A DNA stretch of 64,000 bases from Vulcanimicrobiota bacterium (GTDB lineage: Bacteria > Vulcanimicrobiota > Vulcanimicrobiia > Vulcanimicrobiales > Vulcanimicrobiaceae). Location of the stretch: the NCBI GenBank assembly GCA_963711625.1, contig OY970207.1:2914029-2978028 (forward strand). The letters run 5' to 3'. Each line of letters starts with the position of its first letter. The first letter of the stretch is position 1. Under the pieces are notes generated by a model. That model was not told the origin of the DNA, did no database searches, and saw only the letters and a list, made by a program, of their open reading frames with translations. Positions 19,148 through 32,287 of the stretch are shown in pieces. A program made the translations under genes and the position numbers.

Positions 19148-19386
19148 TTCTTGAAATAATCCGCGTTGATCTGCGTGAAGTTCTGCCACTTCTCCGGCAC
19201 GTCGGAGTCGGCGAAGATCGCCTCGACGGGGCAGGCCGAGACGCACGCTCCGCAGTCGATGCAGACCTCGGGATCGATGTAGAGCATCTCGTCGTCATCC
19301 TTGCCGTGAATGCAATCGACCGGACAGACGTCAACGCACGACTTGTCCTTGGTGCCGATGCACGGCTCGGTGATGATGTAGGCCAT
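19144..19386 (-). CDS. fdxA: 7Fe-type ferredoxin (3Fe-4S/4Fe-4S)
   Basis: MAYIITEPCIGTKDKSCVDVCPVDCIHGKDDDEMLYIDPEVCIDCGACVSACPVEAIFADSDVPEKWQNFTQINADYF. GGAGGAAG lies upstream of the ATG at 19384-19386. Confidence 0.85.
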   Translation of the reverse strand: MAYIITEPCIGTKDKSCVDVCPVDCIHGKDDDEMLYIDPEVCIDCGACVSACPVEAIFADSDVPEKWQNFTQINADYFKK

Positions 19387-19683
19387 AGAATTCAGCTTCC
19401 TCCGCCGAGCAGGCGCGCCCTTCAGACGGCCGGCCTGGCCGCGAATCGCGCGCACCAGCCAGAGTAACACGATGGCCCCGATCAAGGCGCAGACGAAGCT
19501 CGGAAGGTTGAATCCGGTGACGCCGACATGTCCGAAAAAGCGGTAGAGCCAGCCGCCGATGACGGCACCGACGATGCCGACGATGACGTCGGCGACGATA
19601 CCGCCCGGGGCCTCGCCCGGCACGATCCAGCGGGCGAGCACGCCCACGATCAGGCCGAAGACGATCACCCACAAAATCCACAT
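19387..19683 (-). CDS. GlsB/YeaQ/YmgE (transglycosylase-associated) family membrane protein; no in-frame stop before the ferredoxin ATG
   Basis: MWILWVIVFGLIVGVLARWIVPGEAPGGIVADVIVGIVGAVIGGWLYRFFG...ALIGAIVLLWLVRAI is typical of this ~85-aa family. As given, the ORF reads through into the ferredoxin; a TGA is available in a neighbouring frame. Confidence 0.65.
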
Positions 19684-19751
19684 CGGCTTTTCACCCTCCC
19701 GCGCGAACCCGCACAGGTACCGTGCGCGCCCGCGGTGCAGCTTTACCCATT

Positions 19752-20454
19752 ATGAAGCGTACTTTCATTTGCCTGCTCGCCGCGCTCGCCGTGACGAGCG
19801 CCGGCGCGTTTGCGGCGCCGGCTGCGGCAACCGAGATCACGGCGTCGGGCACGGGCAGCGTGTCGATGCCGCCCGACACGGCAACGGTGAGCGCCGCCAT
19901 CGAAACCAACGGCGAGAACGCCAATGAGGCGATCTCACAGAGCAACGCCGTGTACGATCGTATCGTGGCGAGCCTGGCAAAGCTGGGCATCGCGTCGCGG
20001 CGACGTCTCGCTCGCGTACTATAACGTCAGCTACAATCCGCGCCCGCGCTCCGCGCCGCCGAGTCCCGGCGAGCGCTACGGCTACACCGTCTCGCGAAAC
20101 TTCTCGGTGAAGGTGCGCGACATCGGCAAGGCCGGCGCCGTGAGCGACGCGTGCACCGCGGCGGGCGCCACATCGATCAACGGCGTCAGCTTCGGCCTGG
20201 CCGATCCGACGGCGGCGCGCTCGCAGGCGACGATCAAAGCCGTTGCCGACGCGCGCTCCAACGCCGAGGCGCTGGCGCAGGCCGCCGGTCTTCACGTCAC
20301 GTCGATCAAGAGCATCGAGCTCAACGGCGGTCCGCAGCCGGGCCCGGTGCCGATGATGCGCATGGCGGCCGCGCCCAACCCCGCCACCGAGTTCGACACG
20401 TCCAACGTCAACGTGACCGTCTCGGTGAGCCTGGTCTTCCTGGCCGGGCCTTAG
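19752..20454 (+). CDS. SIMPL (DUF541) domain periplasmic protein (frame break near 19995)
   Basis: Signal peptide MKRTFICLLAALAVTSAGAFA. ITASGTGSVSMPPDTATVSAAIET...AISQSNAVYDRIVASLAKLGI. Then YGYTVSRNFSVKVRDIGKAGAVSDA...INGVSFGLADP...A...KAVADARSNAEALAQAAG. Confidence 0.75.
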
Positions 20455-20500
20455 ACGAGCGGGCGAAACCCGAGGGCACGGCCGGCGGTAGTTGAGGGCG

Positions 20501-22434
<1,934 letters not shown>

Positions 22435-22445
22435 CGGCGAGGGAG

Positions 22446-24267
22446 CTAAGGCAGAAGCGCCGGGCCGCCGGTCGTCGCCGGCGACAGCGCGAGGGCGAGC
22501 GGCGCGCTGACGCCGCTCATCAGCGTCGACCACGATGCGCCCGCGTACGGCGGCGCGTATACCGTGACGGTGTTGTTGCCGTAGTTTGCGACGTAGAGGT
22601 TCCCAAGCGCGTCGATTGCCAACGCCAGCGGTTGGCTCTGACCGCCGACGATCGTCGTCGGCGAGCCCGAATAGGGCGCCGTGTACTCCGTTACCGTGTT
22701 CGCCCCTTGATTGGGCACGAAGAGATTGGCCGAGGCGACCGCGATCGACCCCTGCTCGTTCACGCCGTTGGTGATCGTAGCGACCGGCGCGCTCGCGCTC
22801 GAGAACGGCGGGGAGTACTCAACGACGGAGCTGGGCGTCGAGTTCAGGTTCGCAACGAACAGGTTGCCGCGCCCGTCGAGCGCGAGCGAACTCGGCGTGT
22901 TGAGACCCTTAGAGATCGCGATCGGCGGCTGCGTGTAGGGCGGCGCGTACTCGGTGACCGTATTGCCCGCGGCGTTGACCACGAACAGGTTCGAGCCGGA
23001 ATCCACGGCTAAGCTCACCGGATCGTCGACGCCCGCGGCGATCGTCGCAGCCGGCGATCCGCCGTAGGGCGGTGAGTACATCGTCACCGTGTTGCTGCCG
23101 TTGCCGTTGGCCACGAACAGGTCGCCGCGCGCGTCGAGTGCGAGCGCTTGCGGACGGTTTACGCCGATGGCAGATCGCGATCGGCGGCTGCGTGTAGGGC
23201 GGCGCGTATGCCGTCACGGTGCCGGTTTGATTCGCGACGAACAGATCGCCTGCCGGATCGAAGATCAGCGCCTGCGGCGACGTTACGCCGTTTGCGATCG
23301 TCGCCAGCGGCGAGGTCGCGGCGTTGACATAGAGCGTGACGCTGTTCGCGCCCGAGTTCGCAACGCCCAGGATCTGGCGCACGTCGGCGCGCGTCGTTCC
23401 GCTGCACACTGCGCCGGCCTGCGAAGCATGGATTGCCGGTTCCCGTGTAGCTCGCGGCGGCGCGCAGCAGCGCCGTGCCGTTCGGCGACGCCGGCGGCGT
23501 GACGTAGAACAGATTCGGGGCGGTAGCTGAGACCTGCGACACCGCAAGCGCGAGCGAGCCGCCGGCTTGATTCAGCGAGAAACTCGCGCCGTTGCCGCCG
23601 ATCATGACGTTTTGGTTGGCGTCGAGCACCTCGACGAGCAGCGGATGCTTGCCGGCACCGTAGAGGTCGATGCCGCCCTGCGCGTTCTGCGCGCTCATCG
23701 CCGAAGCCGGCACGACCGCGAGCTGCGCGGGAACGCCGCCCAGGGTCAAGTTGACGGCGTTGGTGGCGGACGGCGCCACGGAGAACGCAACCGCCGCGTT
23801 GCCGACGGTACCGCTATACGTCCCGGCCGGCAGCGTGAGCGCGAGCTGGCACGTCGTGCCCCCGCCGGAGGCCGGCGAGCAGCCGCTCGAGGTCGGACCC
23901 ACGAGACCGTTTGGGTGATCGCCGCGGGCCCGTTCACATTGATGGCGAGCATCTGCGATCCGGGCGGCGGCGCGGGAGTCGGCACGCCGGGCGTGGTTTG
24001 CGCGGCCGGCGGCGGCGCGTTTCCAAGTGCGTTGGTGCCGGCCGGCGGCGGCGACGGCAGCAACGGCGGCCGGTTCGGTGGCGCCGCGACCTGGCTTCCC
24101 GCGGGGACGTAGATCTTGACGACGGTGTTTCCCGCGCCGGCCCCGCCGCCCAGATTCCCGAGCGGCGTGAGCAGGCTGCCCTGTCCGCCCGCGCCCGCGC
24201 AGCCCGCGGCCAACGCCGCGGCCAGCGCGGCGGCCGTGCTTCGGGCTCGCGTTTGCAGGCGAAGCAT
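22446..24267 (-). CDS. secreted lipoprotein with an Ig-like region and a six-bladed NHL-repeat beta-propeller (frame breaks near 23160, 23440 and 23905)
   Basis: Lipobox ALAAGC. The Pro-rich segment is followed by ...TCQLALTLPAGTYSGTV... There are six repeats of the type LFVAN...NTVT.YAPPY, e.g. GNLFVANLNSTPSSVVEYSPPF and GNLYVANYGNNTVTVYAPPY. Confidence 0.7.
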
Positions 24268-24271
24268 GTGA

Positions 24272-24801
24272 TTACCGGAGCATGCGCTCGACGTCGGCGC
24301 GCATGTCTTGCGGCGAGAGTTCGCCCACGACGATCTTCTGCACGACTCCACCGCGATCGATAAAAACGTGCACCGGCAATCCGTTGACGTTGTACTGGTC
24401 GCGCAGCACGCCGCCGTCGACGATCACCGGGTAGATCAGCTTGTGAGCGTTGCGGAACTCCGCTGCCTTGTTGGGGCTTTCCATCACGTCGACACCGACC
24501 ACCGCCAAACCGCGCGGGCCGTACTTCGCGCCAGATCGTTGATCGACGGCGCCTCTTCGTTGCACGGCGGACACCAGGTCGCGAAGAAGTTCAGGTAGAT
24601 CGCTTTCCCGTGCAACGAGGCAAGCGAAAGCACTGGGCCGCCGACCGTCGGCTTCCGACCACGGCGGGGCCGCCTGGCCGACGTGGGCCTATCCGGCTGC
24701 GCCGACGCGGACGCGCCGCTCCCATGCGCGCACGCGCCGAGCGCGAACGCGAGGGCGAGCGCCGCTCGCGTGACGGGAAGGCCGCCGAGGCGCTTACCCA
24801 T
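24272..24801 (-). CDS. TlpA/ResA-like thiol:disulfide oxidoreductase lipoprotein (frame break near 24535)
   Basis: Lipobox LAFALGAC. LASLHGKAIYLNFFATWCPPCNEEAP (WCPPC active site). GLAVVGVDV...YPVIVDGGVLRDQYNVNGLPVHVFIDRGGVV. Confidence 0.8.
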
Positions 24802-25723
24802 AGCTCGGATAACCGATCGACTGCAAGGTCACGCTGCATCTGCTCGACGAGTTCGCCGACTGCGCCGAAAAGCCGCTGCTCGCGCACGAAGCGCAGGTCG
24901 CGCAACGCGAGCTTCGCGCCCGTAGATCGTGTGCTGGAAGTCGCGCAGCCACGCCTCGACGGTCCGCTGCGTTCCGCCGAACTGCGGATTGGTCCCGATC
25001 GAGACCAGCGCCGCGTAGTCGCGGCCGTCGTAGCGCGCGACGGCCGAGTAGACGCCGTCTTTCGGCAGCAGCTTCTGCGGGACGCGCACGTTGGCGGTCG
25101 GGAAGCCCAGCGCGTGCCCGCGACCGGCGCCGATCTCGACCGGCCCGCGCAGCTCGTAACCGGTGCCGCCAAGCAGCTCGTCGGCCCGCGCGAGCTCGCC
25201 GTCGGCGATCGAGCGCCCGGATGCGCGTGCTCGAGACGCGCTCGCCGCCCTCGCTCACCGGCTCGACGGCGATCGCACGCGCGCCGTGCCGCGCGAGCAT
25301 AGTCGGCCATGAGCGCGACGTCGCCGGCGCGCTTGTGCCCGAAGCGAAACGTCGAGCCGACGACGACCGCCGCGCACGCCGCAGCCGCGTCGACCGAGAT
25401 GTCCGAGAAACGCCTGCGGCGACAGCGTCGCGATGCGATCGTCGAACGCGACGAAGAAGCACTCGTCGAAGCCGGCCGCTCGCGAAAAGGTCGAGCCGCT
25501 CCTGCGGCGTGGAGATCAGCGGCGGCTCGGTCCCTGGACGCAAATGCGACGCCGGATGATTCGCAGAACGTCAGCACGCCGCTGCGCCAGCCCGGGCTTG
25601 CGCAGCTGCGCAGCGTGCGCCGCGCGATCTCGCGATGCCCGCGATGGAAACCGTCGAAGAATCCGATCGCCAGGACGAGCGGCCGATCGCCCTCGCGCGT
25701 CGAGATCGTGACGTACTTCGCAT
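24794..25723 (-). CDS. ribF: bifunctional riboflavin kinase / FMN adenylyltransferase (many frame breaks; 3' end uncertain)
   Basis: By frame hopping: [24 protein letters not shown]...[97 protein letters not shown]. The ATG at 25721-25723 shares one base with the truB stop. Confidence 0.75.
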
Positions 25724-26613
25724 CACACGAACACCTTGCGCGGCGCCAGCAGCGCGCCGAGCGCTTCGCCGACGCCGACCAGCGTCCGCGACTCGTCGCG
25801 CACGAAGACGTGGCGTCCCGTCGCGCCCTCGGGCAGCGGCACCACGCGCCCGGCGCGAAAGTCGGCCGATTCGCGCAGGTCCAGCACGATCGTCGGAAAC
25901 GGAATGATGTGCTCGGGCGCGATCAGCGCGCGCTCCGGGATCGTCGGCGATCTCGTCGAGCGTCAGCGCCTCGTAGAGCACGAACGGTCCCGACGCTTCG
26001 CGCACCAGCGCGCCCATGTGCGCCGGGAATGCCGATCGCGTCGCCCAGGTCGTGGCAGAGCGTGCGGACGTACGTGCCCTCGCTGCAGGCGATGCGCAGC
26101 CGCGCGCGCGTATCCGCGCGGTTCGAGCTCGATGCCCAGCAGGGTCAGCCCGTAGATCGTGATCGTGCGCGCGCGCGCGTTCGACCGTCTTCCCTTCGCG
26201 TGCGAGTTCGTAGAGCCGCTGCCGGCCGTGATGCGCGCGCAGAGTACATCGGCGGCATCTGCGCGATCGCGGCCGACGAATCGCCGCAACGCCGCTTCCA
26301 AGCGCTCGGCCCAATCGGCGGGCACGTCGCGCGTTCTCGACCGTTTCGCCGTGCGCGTCCTGCGTCGTCGTCGAGCGCCCGAGCACGAGCGTGCATGCGT
26401 AGCTCTTGCGCTGATCGGCGAGCAGCGGAATCAACCGCGTCGCCTTGCCGATCGCGATCGGCAGCACGCCCGCCGCCTGCGGATCGAGCGTACCGAGATG
26501 GCCCGCCGTCAGGCGCCGGTCGGCGGCGTAGAGCGCGTAAATGCGGCGCACGCGCGCGACCGCGCGCGCCGAGCTCGGCCCGGCGGCTTAAAGAGGTTGA
26601 CGAACCCGATCAC
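25723..26613 (-). CDS. truB: tRNA pseudouridine-55 synthase (many frame breaks)
   Basis: GTG start with [42 protein letters not shown] (catalytic Asp). [44 protein letters not shown] (my translation). C-terminus ...LLAPRKVFV*. Confidence 0.75.
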
Positions 26614-27616
26614 ACGTCGCGTCGAAGATCGCTTCAGGCCTTCGGACCAGCGCCGCTTCGACGGCGCCGAACGCGTCGTCCAACGGCCCGTCGAAGGTCA
26701 AGCCGGAGGCGCGGAAGTGTCCGCCGCCGCCGAGACGCTGCGCCGCAGCCTGCACGTTGAGCGCGGCCGCTCGAGCGCAGGCTGACGCGGATCTCGCCGT
26801 CGATCGCCTTGAACAGCGCGGCGACTTCGACGCCGTCTTGACCGCGCAGCGTGTTGACGATGTCCTCGGTGTCCTCGCCGTCGGCGCCGGTCTGCGCGAG
26901 CATCGCGTCGTCGACGTACGAGTAGCAGTAGCGGCCGTCGTGCTCGAAGCGTCATCGCGTCGATGATCCGCCCGAGCAGCTTCGTCGCCGCGACGCGCTT
27001 GCGCAGGAAGATCTCTTCGGTGATCTCTTCCTTGTCGGCGCCGCGCTCGCATCAGCTCGGCGGCGAGCTCGAGCACGTCGGGCGTCGTGTTGGAGTGCAT
27101 GAACCCGCCGGTATCGGTCATGATCGTCGTCAGGATGCAGGTCGCGATGTCGCCGGTCGATCGGCACGCCGAGCGCCGCGCAGCAGATGCATGACGACCG
27201 TCCCGGTCGAGCATTCGCGTCTCGAGCACGTAGTTGAGCTTACCGAAGAGCGAGTTGCCGAGATGATGGTCGATGTCGAGCATGTTCTCGCGCTCCACCG
27301 GCGGCAGAAGCTCGCCGGCCCGCGTGCAGTCGCTCATGTCGCAGAAGACGCAGAGCGTGTCCGCGCGGCAGATCCGGCGGCAGCTCGCGCGACACGAGAC
27401 CGGCGTCCGGCAGGAAGCGCAGGTTGCGCGGCACGGAGTCCTGCTGAAAGTAGCGCGACGCGCTTTCCGAGTCGCTTGAGCGCGAGCCCGAGCGCGAGCC
27501 CGGCCCCAAGCGTGTCGCCGTCGGGCTTTACGTGGCTCACCATGACGAAGCTGCGCGCGGCGCAGCTCGTCGACGACTTCTGCGGTCGACGCGAGGTGCG
27601 GCGTGCTCTCGATCAT
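26588..27616 (-). CDS. DHH-family phosphoesterase (NrnA-like oligoribonuclease / pAp phosphatase; many frame breaks)
   Basis: VSHVKPDGDTLGAGLALGLALKRLGKRV, MLDIDHH, IMTDTGGFMHSNTTPDVLELAAELM and GGGGHFRASG are spread over three frames. It holds the canonical position between rbfA and truB. Confidence 0.7.
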   Translation of the reverse strand: MIESTPHLASTAEVVDELRRAQLRHGEPRKARRRHAWGRARARARAQATRKARRATFSRTPCRATCASCRTPVSCRASCRRICRADTLCVFCDMSDCTRAGELLPPVERENMLDIDHHLGNSLFGKLNYVLETRMLDRDGRHASAARRSACRSTGDIATCILTTIMTDTGGFMHSNTTPDVLELAAELMRARRRQGRDHRRDLPAQARRGDEAARADHRRDDASSTTAATATRTSTTRCSRRPAPTARTPRTSSTRCAVKTASKSPRCSRRSTARSASACARAAALNVQAAAQRLGGGGHFRASGLTFDGPLDDAFGAVEAALVRRPEAIFDATCDRVRQPL

Positions 27617-27996
27617 TCCGCCTCCTCCGGCGCGCCGGCCGCAGCCGCGCTCGGTGCGGCCGCCTCGCGCAGCGTCTTTGCGAGCGCGATCGCGCGCTCG
27701 GCCGAGCGATCTTCCACGAACGTGAGCTCCGGCGTATGGCGCAGATCGATCTTGCGGCCGAGCTCGCCGCGCAGGAACCGGCCGCGTGGCTGCAGCGCGT
27801 CGAGCGACTGCCGCGCCTGATGCCGATCGCCGATGACCGACACGAACACCTTGCAGTGCCGCAGGTCTTCGGTGACCTCGACGCGCGTCACGGTCACGAA
27901 CGCCAGCCGCGGATCTTGCAGCTGCTTGCGAGATCGAGCGTGCGCTAGGATGCGCTGGATCTCGTGATCGATCTTCGCGATTCGCTGCGCCTTCAT
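27613..27996 (-). CDS. rbfA: ribosome-binding factor A
   Basis: Intact 127-aa ORF. RIAKIDHEIQRILAHA...DPRLAFVTVTRVEVTEDLRHCKVFVSV...LRGELGRKIDLRHTPELTFVED. ATGA overlap with the infB stop. Confidence 0.9.
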   Translation of the reverse strand: MKAQRIAKIDHEIQRILAHARSRKQLQDPRLAFVTVTRVEVTEDLRHCKVFVSVIGDRHQARQSLDALQPRGRFLRGELGRKIDLRHTPELTFVEDRSAERAIALAKTLREAAAPSAAAAGAPEEAE

Positions 27997-30691
27997 GCCT
28001 TGACCAGCTCCGCCGCGACGTGCTCCAGTGCGTAGGCCTCGATCACGTCGCCTTCCTTGAGGTCCTGGAAGCTGCGCGACCTGGATGCCGCACTCGAAGC
28101 CCTCGGCGACCTCGCGGACGTCGTCCTTGAAGCGGCGCAGCGTTCTCGAGCTCGCCGTCGAAGACGACCGACGCGTCGCGCACGACGCGCACCTTGGCGT
28201 TGCGCGTGATCTTGCCGCTCGTCACGTAGCAGCCCACGATCGTGCCGACCTTGCTGACCTTGAAGATCTGGCGCACTTCGGCGCGTCCGAGCATGACCTC
28301 GCGCTCGATCGGCGCGAGCATGCCGCGCATCGCCTTCTTCAGATCGTCCTCGATCTCGTAGATGACCTGGTAGAAGCGCAGGTCGACGCCTTCGTTCTCG
28401 GCAAGCCGCCGCGCCGTTTCGTCGGGCCGGATGTTGAAGCCGATGAGCACCGCGTTCGAGGCGCTCGACGAGGTTGACGTCGTTGGGAGAGATCGCCGCC
28501 GACGCCGCCGTGGATCACGCGGATCTCGACTTCGTCGTTCGAGAGCGACTCCATGCGCGCGCGCAGCGCTTCGACCGAACCTTGCCCGTCGGCCTTGATG
28601 ATGAGGTTGAGCGTCTTGCTGCCCCTCGGCCGGCATCGACATGAACGTCTCGAGCGAGACGCGCTGCGTCGCCGACGCGGCCATGCGCACGTCGCGCCGG
28701 CGCGTCGCACGCTTCTCCGCGGTCTCGCGCGCGACGCGCTCGTCGCAGACGACGCTCAGCGTGTCGCCGGCCGACGGAACGTCGGAGAGGCCCATGATCT
28801 CGACCGGGATCGACGGGCCGGCCTTCTTGACCTGCTTGCCCTTGTCGTCGATGAGCGCGCGCACTTTGCCGTAGGTGCCGCCCGCGACGACGATGTCGCC
28901 GACGCGCAGCGTGCCGTTCTGCACGAGCACGGTCGCGACCGCGCCGCGCCCGCGATGCGAGCGCCGATTCGATGACGACGCCGCTTGCGCGGCGGTTCTT
29001 GTTCGCCTTCAGCTCGCGCATGTCGGCCTCGAGCAGCACGGTCTCGAGCAGGTCGTCGATGCCGTCGCCGGTCTTCGCGGAGACCGGCACCATCTCGATG
29101 GTGCCGCCCCAATCGACCGGCTGCAGGCCCTGCTCGGCGAGCTGCTGCTTGACGCGATCGGGCTGCGCGTCGGCCTTGTCCATCTTGTTGATCGCGACGA
29201 CGATCGGAACGTTGGCCGCCTTGACGTGGGCGATCGCTTCCTTCGTCTGCGGCATGACGCCGTCGTCGGCGGCGACGACCAGAATCGCGACGTCGGTGAC
29301 CTTCGCGCCGCGCGCGCGCATCGCGGTGAACGCTTCGTGACCGGGCGTGTCGATGAACGTGATCTTGCGATCGTTCCGCTCGACGGTGTACGCGCCGATC
29401 TTCTGCGTGATGCCGCCGGCTTCGCCGGCCGCGACGTTCGCTTGGCGGATCTTGTCGAGCAGCGACGTCTTGCCGTGATCGACGTGGCCGAGCACGGTGA
29501 CGACCGGCGGACGCGACGTCAGCATCTCGGGCTTGTCCTCTTCCTGCTCGACGGTGACTTCTTCGCCGGCCTCTTTGACGACCGCGTTGAAACCGAAGCG
29601 CTTGGCGATCTGCGATGGCGACGTCGCTCGAGAATGTTCTGATTGATCGTCGCCATCGTGCCCGATCTTGATGAGCTCCGCGATGACGTCGCGGGCCGGA
29701 ACGATCATCGACGTCGCCAGCTCTTGGACGGTGAGCAGGTCGGGGATCTCGATCGTCTCGAGCGTGCGCGCGGGCGCGGCCGCGACGGTCTCGCCCTTCT
29801 TCTTACGCTGGCGCTCCTTGTCGAGGAGCAGCTCCTTCTCGCGGTCTTTCTTGGCCGCGGCCTTGTCCTCGTGGATCCGGACGCGATCGCCGGGCCGCCC
29901 GCCCGCTCGAGGGCGCGGGCCCGTCGGTCGGCAGGGCGCCCGGCCGGCCGGCGGCCAGGGCCGGGGCGCACGCCGGGGGTCATCGGCCGGAACGGTCCGT
30001 TGCCGGCCGGCCGGCGCGCGGGCGCGATCGATCCGGCGGCGCGCCGCGCGCGGCGGCGCCGCGCCCTTCCCGCCCTGTCCGGGGAGCGCCTCGCCGGGCC
30101 GCGGAGCCACGCCGGGACGGCCCGGCAGACCCGTCCGCGGGCCGGGTGAGGCCGACGCGGTGGTCGGGGGCGGCGCCGCTTGGCGCTTGACCATCGAGGC
30201 CTGACCGGCAGGCACCGGGCGTAGCTGCGGAATCGACTCGGCGGCGGCGCCGCGCGGGCGCGGCCGGCGCGGCGCTGGACCGGCGGGGGTTCGGGCGCGG
30301 GCGGCGGGAGCCGGCTGGCCGCTTGCGGCGCGGGCGGCCGGGGTCGGCGGGACGAGCGGTCGTCGTGCCGGTCACCGGCCGCAGCCGGGGAACCGGCGCC
30401 TGCGGCGCAGGTGCCTTCGGCTGGGCTTTGGCGGCCGGAGGGGCGCTGGCGGGGCGGCGGCGCAGCGGCGCTGGCCGCGGCAGGCGCCGGCGCCGGCTTT
30501 GCGGGCGCCTTGTCGCTTGGCTTCAGCACGCTGCGGACCAGATCGGCGATCTGATCGGGAACGACGCTGAGCTGGTTTTTTGCCTCGAAAACGCCGCCGA
30601 GGCGTTCGTTGAAGAGCGTCGTCAGCTCTTTCGAGGTGAGCCCGACCTCTTTGGCGAGCTCGAAAATTCTTACTTTTCCGGCCAAATTCAC
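27993..30691 (-). CDS. infB: translation initiation factor IF-2 (at least six frame breaks)
   Basis: [19 protein letters not shown] long Pro/Ala/Arg-rich N-terminal region. G-domain [35 protein letters not shown]. Domain [29 protein letters not shown]-terminus [22 protein letters not shown]...[16 protein letters not shown]...VIEAY. Confidence 0.85.
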
Positions 30692-30840
30692 TCTCGAGCG
30701 CGGGCGCTCGAGTTCCCATCAGTTGGAGCGCGGAGCCCCGACCGACGGTTTGGCTCCGCTAGGTAATCAAAGGTCCACCCTCATCGGAGGGGACGGTCGT
30801 CGTACGAAATCATGAGTTCATTTCTTGCACGGGCTCTTTA

Positions 30841-31075
30841 TTAAACCACATTCTGCCGCCGCGGTGCCAAGCCCCGGGTACCGCTTGTTCTTGACGGCTC
30901 GCGAGCGCGCAGCGGCTCGGAGCAGAGGTACGCGCCGCGACCGGGCTGCTTTCGCCGGACGCCGGGAACGTCGGGGCGCCAGCCGGCGTGGGTCCGCACG
31001 AAGCGGACCAACTCGGCCGCCGCGAAGCGCCGGCGGCAGCCGACGCAGGTCCGGACCGGGTCTATCCTTCGTCCT
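30841..31075 (-). CDS. YlxR-like (DUF448) protein; start and 3' end unresolved
   Basis: [22 protein letters not shown]....GRGAYLC matches the DUF448 signature. It holds the canonical position between nusA and infB. I found no start codon in this frame near the nusA stop. Confidence 0.5.
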
Positions 31076-32287
31076 GCCCCAGCCGCTCGCGCCGGAACTC
31101 TTCGAGCTTGCGAATGAGCTCGGCGTCGATCTCGACCCTCGGGCACCTCGGCGACGGCCTCTTCCGTGTCGGCCGCGGGCTGCTCGGTCGCGTCGCGCTC
31201 GGCGCGCTCGACCAGGTAGCGCTCGCGCGACCGTCCGCCGATTCGGTCTCGCTCGCGATGTCGAGCCGCCATCCGGTCAGGCGTGCAGCCAGACGCACGT
31301 TCTGACCGTCGCGGCCGATCGCCAGCGAGAGCTGATAGTCGGGAACGATCACCAGCGCGACGCCGTCGTCCTCGAAGAGCTCGACGCCGATCACTTTCGC
31401 CGGGGCCAGCGCGTTCGAGATGAACGTCGCCGGGTCGGCGTCGTAGCGAATGATGTCGATCTTCTCGCCGCGCAGGTCGTCGGTGACGTTCGCGATGCGG
31501 CTCGACTTCGGCCCGAGGCACGCGCCGACGGGATCGACCTCGGCGCGGTTGCGTCTTCACGGCCACCTTCGAGCGGACGCCCGGCTCGCGCGCGATCGCC
31601 ATGATCTCGACCGTGCCGTCCGCGATCTCGGGAACCTCGCAGCTCGAGCAGCCGCTGCACGAGCCCCTCGGCCGCGCGCGAGAGAATGACCTGCGGGCCC
31701 TTCGGCGACTTCTTGACGTCGAGCACGTACGCGCGAATGAAGTCGTTGATGCGATACGACTCGCTCGGCACTTGCTCGTCGAGATACATCACCGCTTCGT
31801 CGCGGCCTTCGAGCGTCACGTACATGTTGCGCTGCTCGTAGCGCTGCACGGTTCCGGTCACCAAGTCGTTGAGCTTGCGCACGTACTTGTTGTAGACGGT
31901 GTCGCGCTCGGCCTCGCGAATGCGCTGCACGATGACCTGCTTCGCGGTCTGCGCGGCGATGCGTCCGAAGTCTTTCGGCGTGACCTCTTCGTCGAAGAAG
32001 TCGCCGATCTGGTAGGGCCGGCCGGCTTCTTTCACCGAGATCTCGAGCTTGGGATCCTCCACCTCGTCGACGACCGTGCGACGGTGGTATACGCGGTAGG
32101 CGCCGCTCTGACGGTCGACGATCACGATCGCGTTCGACTCGCTGCCGAAGTGCCGCTTGTACGCCGTCAGCAGCGCCGCCTCGAGCGCTTCGAGCAGCAT
32201 CTCGAACGAGATGTTGCGCTCGCGCGCGATGAACTGCAGGACGTCGATGAGTTTCTCTTCAGTTGCCGTGTTTTCTGCCGTTGCCAT
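31062..32287 (-). CDS. nusA: transcription termination/antitermination factor NusA (about 4-5 frame breaks)
   Basis: N-terminal domain [28 protein letters not shown]1 [42 protein letters not shown] domains [27 protein letters not shown] (my translation) and [24 protein letters not shown]. Confidence 0.85.

Noticed and set aside
29880-30520. Highly repetitive GC-rich DNA (also 33660-34260, 51200-51420 and 23950-24200) that might be tandem repeats or a CRISPR-like array.
   Set aside because: There are no regularly spaced direct repeats with unique spacers. These stretches encode Pro/Ala/Gly/Arg-rich low-complexity linkers of IF2, the TonB-like proteins and the NHL lipoprotein.
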